Shown one piece after another: positions 10,266 to 20,181 of a stretch of DNA of 64,000 bases. The position numbers were made by a program, and so were the translations under genes. Within the stretch, counting starts at the first letter, position 1; every line of letters starts with the position of its first letter. The stretch is from a virus. Below the pieces are notes generated by a model, which ran no database searches, was not told the origin of the DNA, and worked only from the letters and a program-made list of their open reading frames with translations. The stretch covers positions 19,175 to 83,174 of IMG/VR virus record IMGVR_UViG_3300042894_004439; one strand, written 5' to 3'.

Positions 10266-10568
10266 GTGAAATTGATAAATGGATTGAATTTGCCGAGCAT
10301 GAGATTTAGTTTTCAAGAGTGTCCAAGTTGGTTTACTAACTATGTAGTAGATGAATTTTTAGATGAGTTTCATTCTGGTGCTCATGCTACAAATGCAGTA
10401 AGTGATTCATTGAATGATTCTACACAGAGAGACAAGTTATTGGATTATGCAGTAGAATTTTTTACTGCCAAAGGGATTTGTGTTAAAAAGCAAGATCGTC
10501 AAATTTGGTTTGACATAGATGAAAATGATCCAAAATATTTTTGGCTTATATTAAAATGGAGTGAATGA
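10266..10568 (+). CDS. Hypothetical protein
   Basis: ORF in operon; start uncertain. Confidence 0.55.
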   Translation: MKLINGLNLPSMRFSFQECPSWFTNYVVDEFLDEFHSGAHATNAVSDSLNDSTQRDKLLDYAVEFFTAKGICVKKQDRQIWFDIDENDPKYFWLILKWSE

Positions 10569-10828
10569 TGAGCAAACGAATTTATGAACTTGCTGAGCAA
10601 GCCGGAGCCTATTGCGAATCACTCAGAGGTGGCGATTATAAACCGCCAGTACTGGATGGCATGAACTTGGAAAAGTTTGCTGAGTTATTGATTCAGGAGT
10701 GTGCTGACTTTGCGTACCAGCAATCGATCTACTGTAAAGGTGTTCCATGGAATCAAGTTATTAAACAACATTTTAACATGGAAATAACAGACGCTGATCG
10801 AGCACCGTATTTTAGGACAACCACATGA
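10565..10828 (+). CDS. Hypothetical phage protein
   Basis: RIYELAEQAG...LEKFAELLIQECA pattern seen in small phage proteins; coupled overlap. Confidence 0.65.
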   Translation: MMSKRIYELAEQAGAYCESLRGGDYKPPVLDGMNLEKFAELLIQECADFAYQQSIYCKGVPWNQVIKQHFNMEITDADRAPYFRTTT

Positions 10829-11502
10829 AAATTTACAAAAGCAACTACCGATATCATTGGGTCAGTCCATATACCATTCTAAAAGCAGTTTGCTTTTGGG
10901 AAAAGGACGATGATGTTTTTTACAATCACGAAGATACGCCCGGCCACAAATACGACAAATGGGTGGCCCGTTTAGAACCCATTTGCAAGGCCTGGATGAA
11001 GTTTTTAGACTTTGTTCATCCCAAGATCAACTATGTAAAAATTGACAGATACGATACCTGGAGCATGGATCATACCCTGGCTGACATAATCTTGCCCATG
11101 CTCAAACAGTTGAAGACAACCAAGCATGGCTCTCCCAGTGTGGATGACCAGGATGTGCCTGAAGGACTAGGATTGAGAAGCACAGAAGCCGGACCCAAGG
11201 AAAACGAGTGGGACACCGACGATAACTGGTTCAAGCGTTGGGATTGGGTGTTGGATGAAATGATCTTTGCGTTTGAACACAAGGTCGACGATTCCTGGCA
11301 AGATGCTTTTCGCTCAGGCGAATTTGATCACAAAACAGTTGCCTGCGAATGGGACAAAAATGGCAAAGCCACCATGTACCACTGGGAAGATGGTCCAAAT
11401 CACACATACAAATGTGACTACGAAGGCATGAAAAAAGTAGAGGAACGTATGCAAAACGGATTTGCATTGTTTGGCAAGTATTATCAAAATCTCTGGGACT
11501 GA
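10825..11502 (+). CDS. Conserved hypothetical phage protein
   Basis: KIDRYDTWSMDHTLA...RWDWVLDEMIFAF...GFALFGKYY. Confidence 0.75.
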   Translation: MKIYKSNYRYHWVSPYTILKAVCFWEKDDDVFYNHEDTPGHKYDKWVARLEPICKAWMKFLDFVHPKINYVKIDRYDTWSMDHTLADIILPMLKQLKTTKHGSPSVDDQDVPEGLGLRSTEAGPKENEWDTDDNWFKRWDWVLDEMIFAFEHKVDDSWQDAFRSGEFDHKTVACEWDKNGKATMYHWEDGPNHTYKCDYEGMKKVEERMQNGFALFGKYYQNLWD

Positions 11503-11972
11503 TGGAAGAAAATAACTCAGCCAAAGGCCGTGCCAGTTTTGATATAACTACAGGCAACACTTTGGTTAATTTTATTAACCGAAACGTCACACCATATCCT
11601 ACCGAAGCTGGTGGTCCTAAATTTGATCTGATTCCTATAGAGAAACAGAAAGACATAATGATCAATCATGCTAGGATGTATGCCCAGCAAGAGTATGATA
11701 GAATTATGGAATTGGTTACAGTATTACAGAAACAAGCAGAAGACATCAAACGCAGACTTGATGTCACTGACATGGTTTATGCAGCAGAATATCAATTTCA
11801 AATTGTTATGGGCCAGTATTATTGGTTAGCGTTTGACACAAGAAAGCAAAAAATGATTTTATCACTTCACGGTCCAACTGAATGGAGCACAGGTAAACCA
11901 GAAAACTATGACTACATAACACAAGTCAAGTACATGGGCGACCATACCTGGATGGAAATTCAACATGACTGA
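11502..11972 (+). CDS. DUF2452-like protein
   Basis: Coiled coil followed by F...GQYY.L and SL.GP.EW pattern. Confidence 0.55.
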   Translation: MEENNSAKGRASFDITTGNTLVNFINRNVTPYPTEAGGPKFDLIPIEKQKDIMINHARMYAQQEYDRIMELVTVLQKQAEDIKRRLDVTDMVYAAEYQFQIVMGQYYWLAFDTRKQKMILSLHGPTEWSTGKPENYDYITQVKYMGDHTWMEIQHD

Positions 11973-12234
11973 ACCGCAAAGTTCTGCAGTTTTTGCATCA
12001 CATGTGAAACAATTACTAGCAGACACAGATCACAAAAAAGATCTTTGTGTTTACAAAAAAATTCCATTGATCGAATACACGGCATGGAAACAACAGTTTT
12101 CTTGGGATGCACTGTACGGTCTACGTTATGCTCAAAGTTTTTGCAATCATTTTAACATAACAGACAACATACTGTACCACGACACAAACATTGATCGAGC
12201 AGATAAGTATATAAAGGAACAGTATCTTGAATAA
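11965..12234 (+). CDS. Hypothetical protein
   Basis: Coupled ORF. Confidence 0.6.
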   Translation: MTEPQSSAVFASHVKQLLADTDHKKDLCVYKKIPLIEYTAWKQQFSWDALYGLRYAQSFCNHFNITDNILYHDTNIDRADKYIKEQYLE

Positions 12235-12661
12235 ACGTCTTTATTTTGCGTATGGTGCCAATATGAATCGTGCGGTCATGCGCCGCCGATGCCCTACCGC
12301 TCAGCCGATCAAAGCCATGATGTTACAAAACTGGCAATTGGAATTCTACAGCCATGCCACCATAATTCCGGTCAACGGTGCACAATGTGCCGGTGTACTG
12401 TGGTCGTTGACACCGCAGGACGAAGATGAACTGGATCATTTTGAAGGATTTCCGCATTATTATTCAAAACGTGATTGGCGTCAAAATGGTAGTGATTTTT
12501 TCTTTTATGAAATGAACGGTCCACTGGGCGGTTATCCTGGCGAACGTTACGTAAATGATATTGGCTTATCTTATACTCAGTGGCGCTTGCCCGAAAAATT
12601 ATTTGATGCGGCCATTGATCGAGTGTACACCAGATATGATCAAGAATATCCTGCCACCTAA
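12227..12661 (+). CDS. Gamma-glutamylcyclotransferase (AIG2-like)
   Basis: YFAYGANM...RRCP...LDHFEG. Confidence 0.85.
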   Translation: MNKRLYFAYGANMNRAVMRRRCPTAQPIKAMMLQNWQLEFYSHATIIPVNGAQCAGVLWSLTPQDEDELDHFEGFPHYYSKRDWRQNGSDFFFYEMNGPLGGYPGERYVNDIGLSYTQWRLPEKLFDAAIDRVYTRYDQEYPAT

Positions 12662-12663
12662 TC

Positions 12664-12900
12664 ATGCTATTAGATCCTCCGGTTAGTTATCTCCGAGAAG
12701 CAGTGAGTTTTAGTCATGCCTGCGAAATCACCAAACCATTTGGAGAAATTGAATATATTTTAGCTTGGTGCAAATTAGGAATGGACGATGAATGGCGTTG
12801 GCAATTGATAGAAACCAGTTCTGACCGCACTCCGGGAAAATATATCTTTTATTTTGATTCAGAACGGGATTACCTGGCATTTGTAATGCGGTGGCACTGA
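12664..12900 (+). CDS. Hypothetical protein
   Basis: ORF in operon. Confidence 0.65.
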   Translation: MLLDPPVSYLREAVSFSHACEITKPFGEIEYILAWCKLGMDDEWRWQLIETSSDRTPGKYIFYFDSERDYLAFVMRWH

Positions 12901-12901
12901 G

Positions 12902-12930
12902 TTGACACCAATTCAAATGTGTGCTATAAT
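12902..12930 (+). promoter_or_regulatory. Consensus sigma70 promoter
   Basis: TTGACA-17-TATAAT with extended TG. Confidence 0.9.
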
Positions 12931-12959
12931 TTAACTGTTATAAACTCTTTGGATAAACC

Positions 12960-13205
12960 ATGATGAGCCTTTTGAACTTGACACTACGCCCTACTGTAAT
13001 ATTTGATGTAACAAATGTTGAACATAGAAAAACTGTTGAACAATTTTTTCGTACTGGCACCTGGCGGCGTACTGATGTAATTTTTTTGTTGGAAACTCCC
13101 TACTATGATTTACCGGCAATGGTTACTGCTAAACTTACAGATTATTATCTTCAATGTGAATTTGCCCCGTCAAAAGACAAGAAAAAACAAATTCAGGTGT
13201 TATGA
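12960..13205 (+). CDS. Hypothetical protein
   Basis: Directly after promoter, GGA RBS. Confidence 0.65.
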   Translation: MMSLLNLTLRPTVIFDVTNVEHRKTVEQFFRTGTWRRTDVIFLLETPYYDLPAMVTAKLTDYYLQCEFAPSKDKKKQIQVL

Positions 13206-13534
13206 CCCATACTTTTATAGCCATGTGGGACTGCAATGGTCTTGAATACCTCGATGACGTCACTGCAGATGAACAACGAGTCATGTGGGAACGACTACAA
13301 GGCAAGTCCAGCCCAAGACATGCACTTGCTAACCCATTCCATCTCAGACTCAGGGCACAGGCAAACCCTCAGCGCAACTACGAGATTTACTTGTTTTCTG
13401 TTGATGATGGAATAACCAAACAGGATCTAGTGGAAGCATTTGATACAAATCCCCAATACATAGTGGATCATATACGCAAAAATGGCGAATGTTTTTACAG
13501 TGACCGCAACACCAACAAAAGAGTGATTGCCTAG
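13202..13534 (+). CDS. Hypothetical protein
   Basis: ATGA overlap. Confidence 0.65.
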   Translation: MTHTFIAMWDCNGLEYLDDVTADEQRVMWERLQGKSSPRHALANPFHLRLRAQANPQRNYEIYLFSVDDGITKQDLVEAFDTNPQYIVDHIRKNGECFYSDRNTNKRVIA

Positions 13535-13535
13535 G

Positions 13536-13564
13536 TTGACAACTGCTTTGTTTTTTAGTACAAT
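13536..13564 (+). promoter_or_regulatory. Sigma70 promoter
   Basis: TTGACA-17-TACAAT. Confidence 0.8.
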
Positions 13565-13634
13565 TACAACTGTTTGATAGAGTGGCTTCGTGCTGTTTTA
13601 AAAAACAATTTTATTAATTTTAAAGGAAATTCAA

Positions 13635-14825
13635 ATGACAACAACTGTCAATGCTATCACTTTGCCTCGTACTGTGAACAGAGGTGCCAATCCGTTTGCA
13701 CCCATTGTGCTACAACAAAATCGTCGACTTACTCCTAACCAGGCTCGGGCCATTTATGTGCCGCTGACTCAAAGAGCCGCAAAGGCCAATGCCAATACCA
13801 AGGTTCAAAAAGCCGTTGCAGATTTAAAAGCTCGTCTTGCTGGACAAACATATACACAGGAGCATTTTGGTGAACTCCTGCTGGTACCAGCCAGTGAAAT
13901 TGACATCAATGTTGAGATCCAACGTGATGAGGAAGCCGACCATCAAGCAGACATTCTTGAACGTTTTGATCCACGCATTATCATGCCTGTGATGTGCACC
14001 AAATTGGCCAATGGTAGATACAGTGCCTGGGAAGGCCAGCAAAGTTCTTGTATCATATTCCACTTGATGCAGGCTGGATTGGTCAGCCCAGACCATTTGA
14101 TCCAGATCAAATCTTTTGATGAAGACATGGCAGTTCCTGGCAGTGATCTCAAAGGCGAAGCAGTAGGCAACTATGGATTCCGACAGATCAATGGTGGCAT
14201 GCGCAAACCCATTGATGCATTTCACCTGCATCGCAGTCGTGTAAACGGTGTTAGACTGTACAATTCAGAATTTACTGAAGATGTGCAAAGTGAAGAAATC
14301 CAGCAGATACTTGAAAACAACAGTATGTTTCCGGCCAAGGCCAGTGCAGCTCAAAGCAATCAGGCCACACCGGGCATGGTCACATACCTGCATGGTTGTA
14401 ACTTGATTGCTGGACACGGCACAGAACAAAAAGTGTTTGATTTGGCCAAGCAAGATTTGGACTGGGCACTAGCCTGGCACAATCGCTATTACCCAAACGA
14501 AAAAGGTGTAGATGGCGGTTTTATTTTGGCATTTGGTCGACTGCATCATGCGGCTCGTGTCAACAAACCTGCAGTCAAACTGGATGCAGCAATGGAAAAT
14601 GATCTGTTCAACATGTTCAAAACACTGTATGGTTCACCCAAGGCCTTTCATAAAGATTGTAAACAACGTCTGGAGTCATTTCAGTATGCCAACAATCTAA
14701 ACAAATCCTGGAGTGACAGTTGTCTCACTCCAATTTTGGTGCTGGACTATCTTGATGCCAAAAAGTATGCTGGCAAATTGAACATGCCTGTGGTACCTGG
14801 TATGAATCTGTATGCAGGAATCTAA
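13635..14825 (+). CDS. ParB/Srx-fold (DGQHR/DUF6551-like) domain protein
   Basis: IDINVEIQR...FDP...P...GRY..WEGQQ resembles the ID..YQR...FD...DGQHR signature. Confidence 0.6.
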   Translation: MTTTVNAITLPRTVNRGANPFAPIVLQQNRRLTPNQARAIYVPLTQRAAKANANTKVQKAVADLKARLAGQTYTQEHFGELLLVPASEIDINVEIQRDEEADHQADILERFDPRIIMPVMCTKLANGRYSAWEGQQSSCIIFHLMQAGLVSPDHLIQIKSFDEDMAVPGSDLKGEAVGNYGFRQINGGMRKPIDAFHLHRSRVNGVRLYNSEFTEDVQSEEIQQILENNSMFPAKASAAQSNQATPGMVTYLHGCNLIAGHGTEQKVFDLAKQDLDWALAWHNRYYPNEKGVDGGFILAFGRLHHAARVNKPAVKLDAAMENDLFNMFKTLYGSPKAFHKDCKQRLESFQYANNLNKSWSDSCLTPILVLDYLDAKKYAGKLNMPVVPGMNLYAGI

Positions 14826-15174
14826 ACCTTATTACTTTTATCTGTGGCGCCATCGTTTTGTTGATGATGCTACAGATAACATCCTAACCAGGACTTGTTT
14901 TGGCATCACTGGCAACCCAACAGGCCGTACACAAGGCTACGAAGGTCATGTTGGGCACACAGTAAAATTCACAGGTTTATGGACAGGTCCAGAACGGCTT
15001 GTACGTGAACTAGAAAACAGAATCAAATCTGATTTTTATCAACACATTGTAACAGGCACTAATGGATTTAGATACGAGTGGATCAACGAAAACATTGACC
15101 ATCAAGCGGTACACGGATGGGTAGAATGGGAAATAGAAAATACATTCATTGGAATAGAACGTGTCACTGATTGA
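14812..15174 (+). CDS. GIY-YIG superfamily (T5orf172/MUG113-like) protein
   Basis: YFY...FGITGNPTGR..GY...LE..IK...EW pattern. Confidence 0.55.
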   Translation: MQESKPYYFYLWRHRFVDDATDNILTRTCFGITGNPTGRTQGYEGHVGHTVKFTGLWTGPERLVRELENRIKSDFYQHIVTGTNGFRYEWINENIDHQAVHGWVEWEIENTFIGIERVTD

Positions 15175-16315
15175 AACCTATTACAATAACATCTGTGCAG
15201 AGTGGGGAGTGATCCCCACTTCTGACGAATACACTGGTTACGAATCTGTAGATAGTCAACTCCGAGTGTTGAGCAAACAGGCATGGACTGCTGCAGACGA
15301 TGCCGGCAAAGAAGCCATACAAGAAGCGGCATTTCAAATATATAGATCAGTTGGCATTGTTCCTATAACTTATTACAGTTTAGAAGGATGTCGTCAACAG
15401 ATTCATGCAGTGGCTGCGGCAAAAAAATCGGTTAAAAATAGCACTTTGGCCATTGGCGGTTCAGCAGGATCAGCATTTGGCCGTTTTTGGTTTCCCAACA
15501 TGCAGGATGCCAAATGGAACAACAATGACACTGTGAGTATTCGGTCACGGTTCAATCATGACAACAAACTCAGACGTGCCATTAAGATCTGTTACAAGTT
15601 CCGTGACAATGGAGATCAAGCAGTTCATCCTCGGAGTCTTAGAACCGCACTGGAATTGGTCAACGGCGGTACCATACAGAATTTCAAGCCAATGAATGCT
15701 CAGGCCATATGGGAATACATTTGTCCGGTGTTTCGCGGGCAAGTGTTGGATTTTAGCTCAGGCTACGGTGGCCGCATGCTGGGAGCATTGACCAGTAATC
15801 TACGCTATCATTATTCGGGTATAGATCCCAACACTCGCACCTATCAAGGTCTCGTGGCACTGGGCGAATTGATCACTGATTGTGGAATGGGTGCCGGATA
15901 TGAAATGCACAACTGCGGCAGTGAAGAACTGGAGTCAGCACCTGACGCATACGATGCAGCATTTTCAAGTCCGCCTTATTTCAATCTGGAAACCTACTGC
16001 GATGAACCCACTCAGTGCATGAATCGCTATCGTAACCTTGATGCTTGGTTTGAATCTTATGTTGTGCCCACATTGCAAATGATACATCGCAGCTTGTGTT
16101 CAGATGGCATATATGCAGTAAACATAGCAGATTATAAAAATGGCAAAGAGCAGTTTGAAATTGTGGATCGATGGAAAGAAATAAGCAAGCAGGTCGGTTT
16201 TGAATACCAAGAAACTGTGAACATGTTATTGACCACACGACCCGGAGTAGGAAATAACAGAGCTGAGCAGGCTACAAAATCTGAAGGCATTTATATTTTT
16301 ACCAAAAAACAATAG
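15161..16315 (+). CDS. DNA amino-methyltransferase (m6A/m4C)
   Basis: DFSSGYGGR SAM-binding motif, GIDPN, catalytic SPPY. Confidence 0.85.
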   Translation: MSLIETYYNNICAEWGVIPTSDEYTGYESVDSQLRVLSKQAWTAADDAGKEAIQEAAFQIYRSVGIVPITYYSLEGCRQQIHAVAAAKKSVKNSTLAIGGSAGSAFGRFWFPNMQDAKWNNNDTVSIRSRFNHDNKLRRAIKICYKFRDNGDQAVHPRSLRTALELVNGGTIQNFKPMNAQAIWEYICPVFRGQVLDFSSGYGGRMLGALTSNLRYHYSGIDPNTRTYQGLVALGELITDCGMGAGYEMHNCGSEELESAPDAYDAAFSSPPYFNLETYCDEPTQCMNRYRNLDAWFESYVVPTLQMIHRSLCSDGIYAVNIADYKNGKEQFEIVDRWKEISKQVGFEYQETVNMLLTTRPGVGNNRAEQATKSEGIYIFTKKQ

Positions 16316-16396
16316 TTTGTCAACTAAATGTGTTGCCCAGGCGTTGTATATATGTAGGGATAGAAATTTCTACATTAACCAAAAAGGAAACTTATC

Positions 16397-16618
16397 ATGA
16401 AATTAGTCGCAACTTTGATCGCTTCAGCATTTGCTGTCTCTGCTTTTGCCGCAGAACCTGCCAAGAAAGAAGAAAAGAAAGCTGATGCCAAGCCTGCTGC
16501 CACAGCACCTGCTAAACCAGCTGCCGCACCTGCACCAGCAACGCCTGCCAAAAGTGAGCCTGCTAAGAAGGACGCACCTAAAGCAGACGCCAAGGCAGCT
16601 GCACCGGCATCCAAATAA
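16397..16618 (+). CDS. Secreted Ala/Lys/Pro-rich small protein
   Basis: Signal peptide ending in AFA, PAK repeats, AAGGA RBS. Confidence 0.8.
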   Translation: MKLVATLIASAFAVSAFAAEPAKKEEKKADAKPAATAPAKPAAAPAPATPAKSEPAKKDAPKADAKAAAPASK

Positions 16619-16780
16619 TCTAGATGACAATGATGACTTCATAATAGACGATGAAGTCACATTTGGACGTAATCGCAGGAGTTTAGAGTTTGGAAAAGTA
16701 GTACACGATGATGAAGAACTTTCTGATTATGTCCAAGATAGATTAGCATTGGCAAGATCCTTGGCAATGCAAGCATACAA

Positions 16781-16816
16781 AAAAGCCCACGCTACGTAAA
16801 AGTGCCTGGGCTTTTT
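16781..16816 (+). terminator. Putative terminator
   Basis: AAAAGCCCA...TGGGCTTTTT. Confidence 0.6.
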
Positions 16817-16833
16817 ATTTGAATATATACACT

Positions 16834-17736
16834 ATGTTAGAATATGAACTGTCACAAACAGGCATTGGGTCAACACTGTCAATATTGTCAATGCTGTTGC
16901 ATTCTGGAGAACCCATTACTCTGCATACGCCAGCATCAAACACAACTCTTAGAGAAATAAAAAAAATCTTTCAAATTGAACAATTGACCATTGTTGACAA
17001 ACAGGCATTGGAAGATGATCTAATATTAAAATGCACAGACAAAGGTAAATTTTTTAGTCCGTATCTTCATAATGATAATTTGGCTTTGTTTGGTAAACAA
17101 TATCCTATCTCTGACCAGCGCAAACCATGCATTGGATTGGCCACCTGGGACCTGCAGTATGAATTTGCAAACAATGCATTTCCTTACAATCGATTATATT
17201 CAAAAGAATTCTGGAGTGAAATTTTTCAGTTGGCGCAATCAGCGGGATATGATGTCATAACATTTAACAGATTAGATACCAGCATTGAACAAAAAGTCTG
17301 GCAGCTAAATGAACTATGTGATTGTGTGATTGGCTACGAAGGCGGCATGTGTCATCTTGCTCACACATTGTCAATCCCTACTGTAATAATGCCCTGGCAT
17401 CATTATGAGGATGGACGTTCTCCTGACTCTGATATGTTTTATGTACCACAAAAATTACACCTAGATCCCAAAACTTATTTTGTCAAAGACGAGCAAGAAA
17501 TACTGTCTTGGACTCCAACATATTTTGCTGAACTAATAACACAGTTGCACGACAGTCAGGGAAATAGTGTATTTTTTAATAGTGACCTTATTATAAGCCC
17601 GCCCAATCTTAAAAGTGTTGCAATAAAAACTGTTGATGGACAAGAGTTAAACATAGTGTTGTCACAGTTTGAATTAGATTTCATTAAAAAATACATAAAA
17701 AATATTGCAATTGCCGGAATCAAATATTCCATATAA
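16834..17736 (+). CDS. GT9 (heptosyltransferase)-like glycosyltransferase
   Basis: CDCVIGYEGGMCHLAHTLSIPTVI matches the DSGxxHxAxAxxxP motif. Confidence 0.6.
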   Translation: MLEYELSQTGIGSTLSILSMLLHSGEPITLHTPASNTTLREIKKIFQIEQLTIVDKQALEDDLILKCTDKGKFFSPYLHNDNLALFGKQYPISDQRKPCIGLATWDLQYEFANNAFPYNRLYSKEFWSEIFQLAQSAGYDVITFNRLDTSIEQKVWQLNELCDCVIGYEGGMCHLAHTLSIPTVIMPWHHYEDGRSPDSDMFYVPQKLHLDPKTYFVKDEQEILSWTPTYFAELITQLHDSQGNSVFFNSDLIISPPNLKSVAIKTVDGQELNIVLSQFELDFIKKYIKNIAIAGIKYSI

Positions 17737-17747
17737 AGTAGGATAAT

Positions 17748-18509
17748 ATGTCACGAATAATAGCGTTTGGAGATAGTTTTGTTGTGGGCGACCAAGATGA
17801 TTTTGGCCCTGCTGATATAAACTACAATCCAAAATTTCCACCAACACACAACATGCCGCCGATTGAAAGAGAAGAATATCTTAAAAACAATGTTAGTTTT
17901 GCGGCCATTATTGCAAAAAAATTAAATTGCGAATTTCTTAACAAGGCAGGAAGAGGACATAGCAATTTTTACCAGTTGGATAGATTAATGAGAATTATCT
18001 ACAATGGATTATTAACAGAAAAAGACACAATATTGTTTGGGATTACCACCACCTATAGAGATAGAAGAAGTCTGTCAGTCAATAATAAAGGTATAAATGA
18101 CAATGGATTAGTAGAAAATCAGAATTTACGTTTTGTTGAGATATTTGATTTATTTTATATTATATCTGCATTGGATCAAATATCTAAGAAATACAAAGTA
18201 AATATAATCAAATTTAATTTATTTGATAATCCATTGTATAGTTTTGAAGATCATTTAAATAGTTTTGATAAGATTCTTGAAACTGACAATTTCTTGGGTC
18301 ATCAGTTTAATAATAATACTCTAGTAGATATACTCAATGATACTTGGGGGCAAAATTATAATAAAAGGCCACCTTATCACACTGAATTAACAGTATCGGA
18401 TGCATACAAAAAATATTATACATGGAATAATCATCCTTCAATATTGGGACATCAGAAAATTGCAGATTGGTTTTTACAAAATATCAACTGGTCCGATTTA
18501 ATAAAGTAG
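17748..18509 (+). CDS. SGNH/GDSL-like hydrolase/acyltransferase family protein
   Basis: AFGDSF, GRGHSN, C-terminal HPSILGH. Confidence 0.75.
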   Translation: MSRIIAFGDSFVVGDQDDFGPADINYNPKFPPTHNMPPIEREEYLKNNVSFAAIIAKKLNCEFLNKAGRGHSNFYQLDRLMRIIYNGLLTEKDTILFGITTTYRDRRSLSVNNKGINDNGLVENQNLRFVEIFDLFYIISALDQISKKYKVNIIKFNLFDNPLYSFEDHLNSFDKILETDNFLGHQFNNNTLVDILNDTWGQNYNKRPPYHTELTVSDAYKKYYTWNNHPSILGHQKIADWFLQNINWSDLIK

Positions 18510-18527
18510 TGCTAAAAAACAACACCT

Positions 18528-18555
18528 AAAACCCTGTATTTTATAGGGTTTTTTT
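18528..18555 (+). terminator. Intrinsic terminator hairpin
   Basis: AAAACCCTGTA-ttt-TATAGGGTTTTTTT. Confidence 0.8.
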
Positions 18556-18581
18556 GTGGCTAAAATACAACAAAATTTTGG

Positions 18582-18610
18582 TTGACCCAAAATGCCCGAT
18601 TTGCTATAAT
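18582..18610 (+). promoter_or_regulatory. Early promoter, cassette copy 1 (leaderless)
   Basis: TTGACC-17-TATAAT, ATG 6 nt later. Confidence 0.85.
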
Positions 18611-18616
18611 ACTAAC

Positions 18617-18931
18617 ATGAAGACAAGAAAACGCCGTCAAGACACCAAGCATGCAGTTTACATGTTAGTAAACACTAACACCAATGAGTCATATATTGGC
18701 ATCACTGTATGCGGCTCGCAAGTAAAAAAAGCATTGAAAGTTCGCTTCCAAAAGCATGTGCGTCGCGCACTGACTGAAAACAAAACGTGGGCTTTATGCA
18801 ACAGCATCCGCGAACACGGAGCAGAAGCTTTTGCAGTACTTTTAGTTGACATTGTGCGTGGACGCAAACCAGCTCATGCAGTAGAACGCGAGCTAATCAA
18901 TGGCGAAAATCCAGCTCTGAACAGTCACTAA
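18617..18931 (+). CDS. GIY-YIG nuclease-domain protein
   Basis: AVY...YIGIT...RFQKH...E..LI...P.LN. Confidence 0.8.
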   Translation: MKTRKRRQDTKHAVYMLVNTNTNESYIGITVCGSQVKKALKVRFQKHVRRALTENKTWALCNSIREHGAEAFAVLLVDIVRGRKPAHAVERELINGENPALNSH

Positions 18932-18933
18932 AC

Positions 18934-18997
18934 GGTTGACCCAAAACACAAGATCGGTTATAATAACAGCATGTTAAGCAAAAAGGAGTTCAAAATG
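18934..18997 (+). repeat. Promoter-RBS cassette copy 2
   Basis: TTGACC-17-TATAAT...AAGGAG-6-ATG. Confidence 0.85.
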
Positions 18998-19312
18998 GTA
19001 GATGAAAAGTACAAATCTCAGTTTTATTTAGACTGGACCAATGATGAAACTGGTCCAGTTGCTCGCTGGCATTCCAACGATAAAATTCCTTTTGCAGACA
19101 TGTTGCAAAATTTTGTAGATGCAGGTTGGATGGATGCTCAGATACAATCCAACAGTTTGGCTCAACGCATAATTGAAGACCGTGCCGCTATTGAAGCTTA
19201 TCGTGCCAACTATCGTGGTCCTAGCACAGAAGAAATGTTAGAAGCCCGCGCCGAATTTGGCCCTGGTGCCCGAGTGGTAAATGTGTTGACCGGCGCATCA
19301 TATACAGTTTAA
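18995..19312 (+). CDS. Hypothetical early protein
   Basis: AAGGAG RBS. Confidence 0.7.
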   Translation: MVDEKYKSQFYLDWTNDETGPVARWHSNDKIPFADMLQNFVDAGWMDAQIQSNSLAQRIIEDRAAIEAYRANYRGPSTEEMLEARAEFGPGARVVNVLTGASYTV

Positions 19313-19322
19313 GGAGAGACAG

Positions 19323-19691
19323 ATGTTTACAGTATGGGAAGACATGACACAATTAGAGCAGGCCCAAGCTACCTTTTGGGACATGTATAAAGATGCTTAC
19401 GGCTTCCGTCCCCGTCACATTGACACCTCTACCTGGACTCTTGAGCAGTTCGATGCAGAGTTCGAAGGTCTCGGTGTAGCAATCGATGCGGCCGACCAAG
19501 AACGCAAAACAGCCGAAGCTCGGGCTGTAGAAACATTTGAGCGCCGTGTTGCTGAATTGATCAGCATGGGTGCCAAAGACTTGGCCATGGCCATGCGTTG
19601 GATCCACGAAGCAGAAGAGACCAACGGTGACGACAGTTACCTTGCTTGGACACTGGGCTTGCCCTATATGTACTTCCGCAAAGCGGGTTAA
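19323..19691 (+). CDS. Conserved hypothetical phage early protein
   Basis: DMYKDAYGFRPR motif; AAGGAG RBS. Confidence 0.75.
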   Translation: MFTVWEDMTQLEQAQATFWDMYKDAYGFRPRHIDTSTWTLEQFDAEFEGLGVAIDAADQERKTAEARAVETFERRVAELISMGAKDLAMAMRWIHEAEETNGDDSYLAWTLGLPYMYFRKAG

Positions 19692-19701
19692 GGAGAATTC
19701 A

Positions 19702-19935
19702 ATGAAGACAGGTTACAAAGCAGAATACAATGGTTGTACATACGAAGTCGAGCACGGTGATGCGTTTGATCGTGGTTCAGCAGACAGCTACTACGGTCGC
19801 CCACGTAGACCGCACAAAGGCGGAGTGGGTGGTGATTCGGGTTCTTTAAACATAAACCTTACACCGCAAGAGATTGCAGACTACATGGCCGGTTACGACT
19901 GGAACGAAGCCGACGGCAACAAAAAGGATTGGTAA
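19702..19935 (+). CDS. Hypothetical early protein
   Basis: HGDAFDRGSADSYY.R motif; AAGGAG RBS. Confidence 0.7.
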   Translation: MKTGYKAEYNGCTYEVEHGDAFDRGSADSYYGRPRRPHKGGVGGDSGSLNINLTPQEIADYMAGYDWNEADGNKKDW

Positions 19936-20180
19936 TGAATGATTTAGAATTGCATGGGCTGAACGCTCGCCAACAGGTGCTGGCAGACATCATGTGGAGT
20001 CTTGAAGAATACGACCAAGTTCAGGCCTTTATCAACACCTTGCCCAAGCGAGAAAAGATTGAGTGTGAAGGCATCATTGAAATGATGAAAATGGCCGTAG
20101 TTGAACAATGCCGCACTGGCGTTGAAAACACCAAAGAAGCTGATAAAATTATTAAACAAATACGTTCTAAAAAGGATTGA
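19935..20180 (+). CDS. Hypothetical protein
   Basis: TAATG coupling. Confidence 0.65.
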   Translation: MNDLELHGLNARQQVLADIMWSLEEYDQVQAFINTLPKREKIECEGIIEMMKMAVVEQCRTGVENTKEADKIIKQIRSKKD

Positions 20181-20181
20181 T

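Noticed and set aside
18617-18931. GIY-YIG gene as a mobile homing endonuclease
   Set aside because: Only the catalytic domain is present, with no DNA-binding tail or intron context; not called as a mobile element
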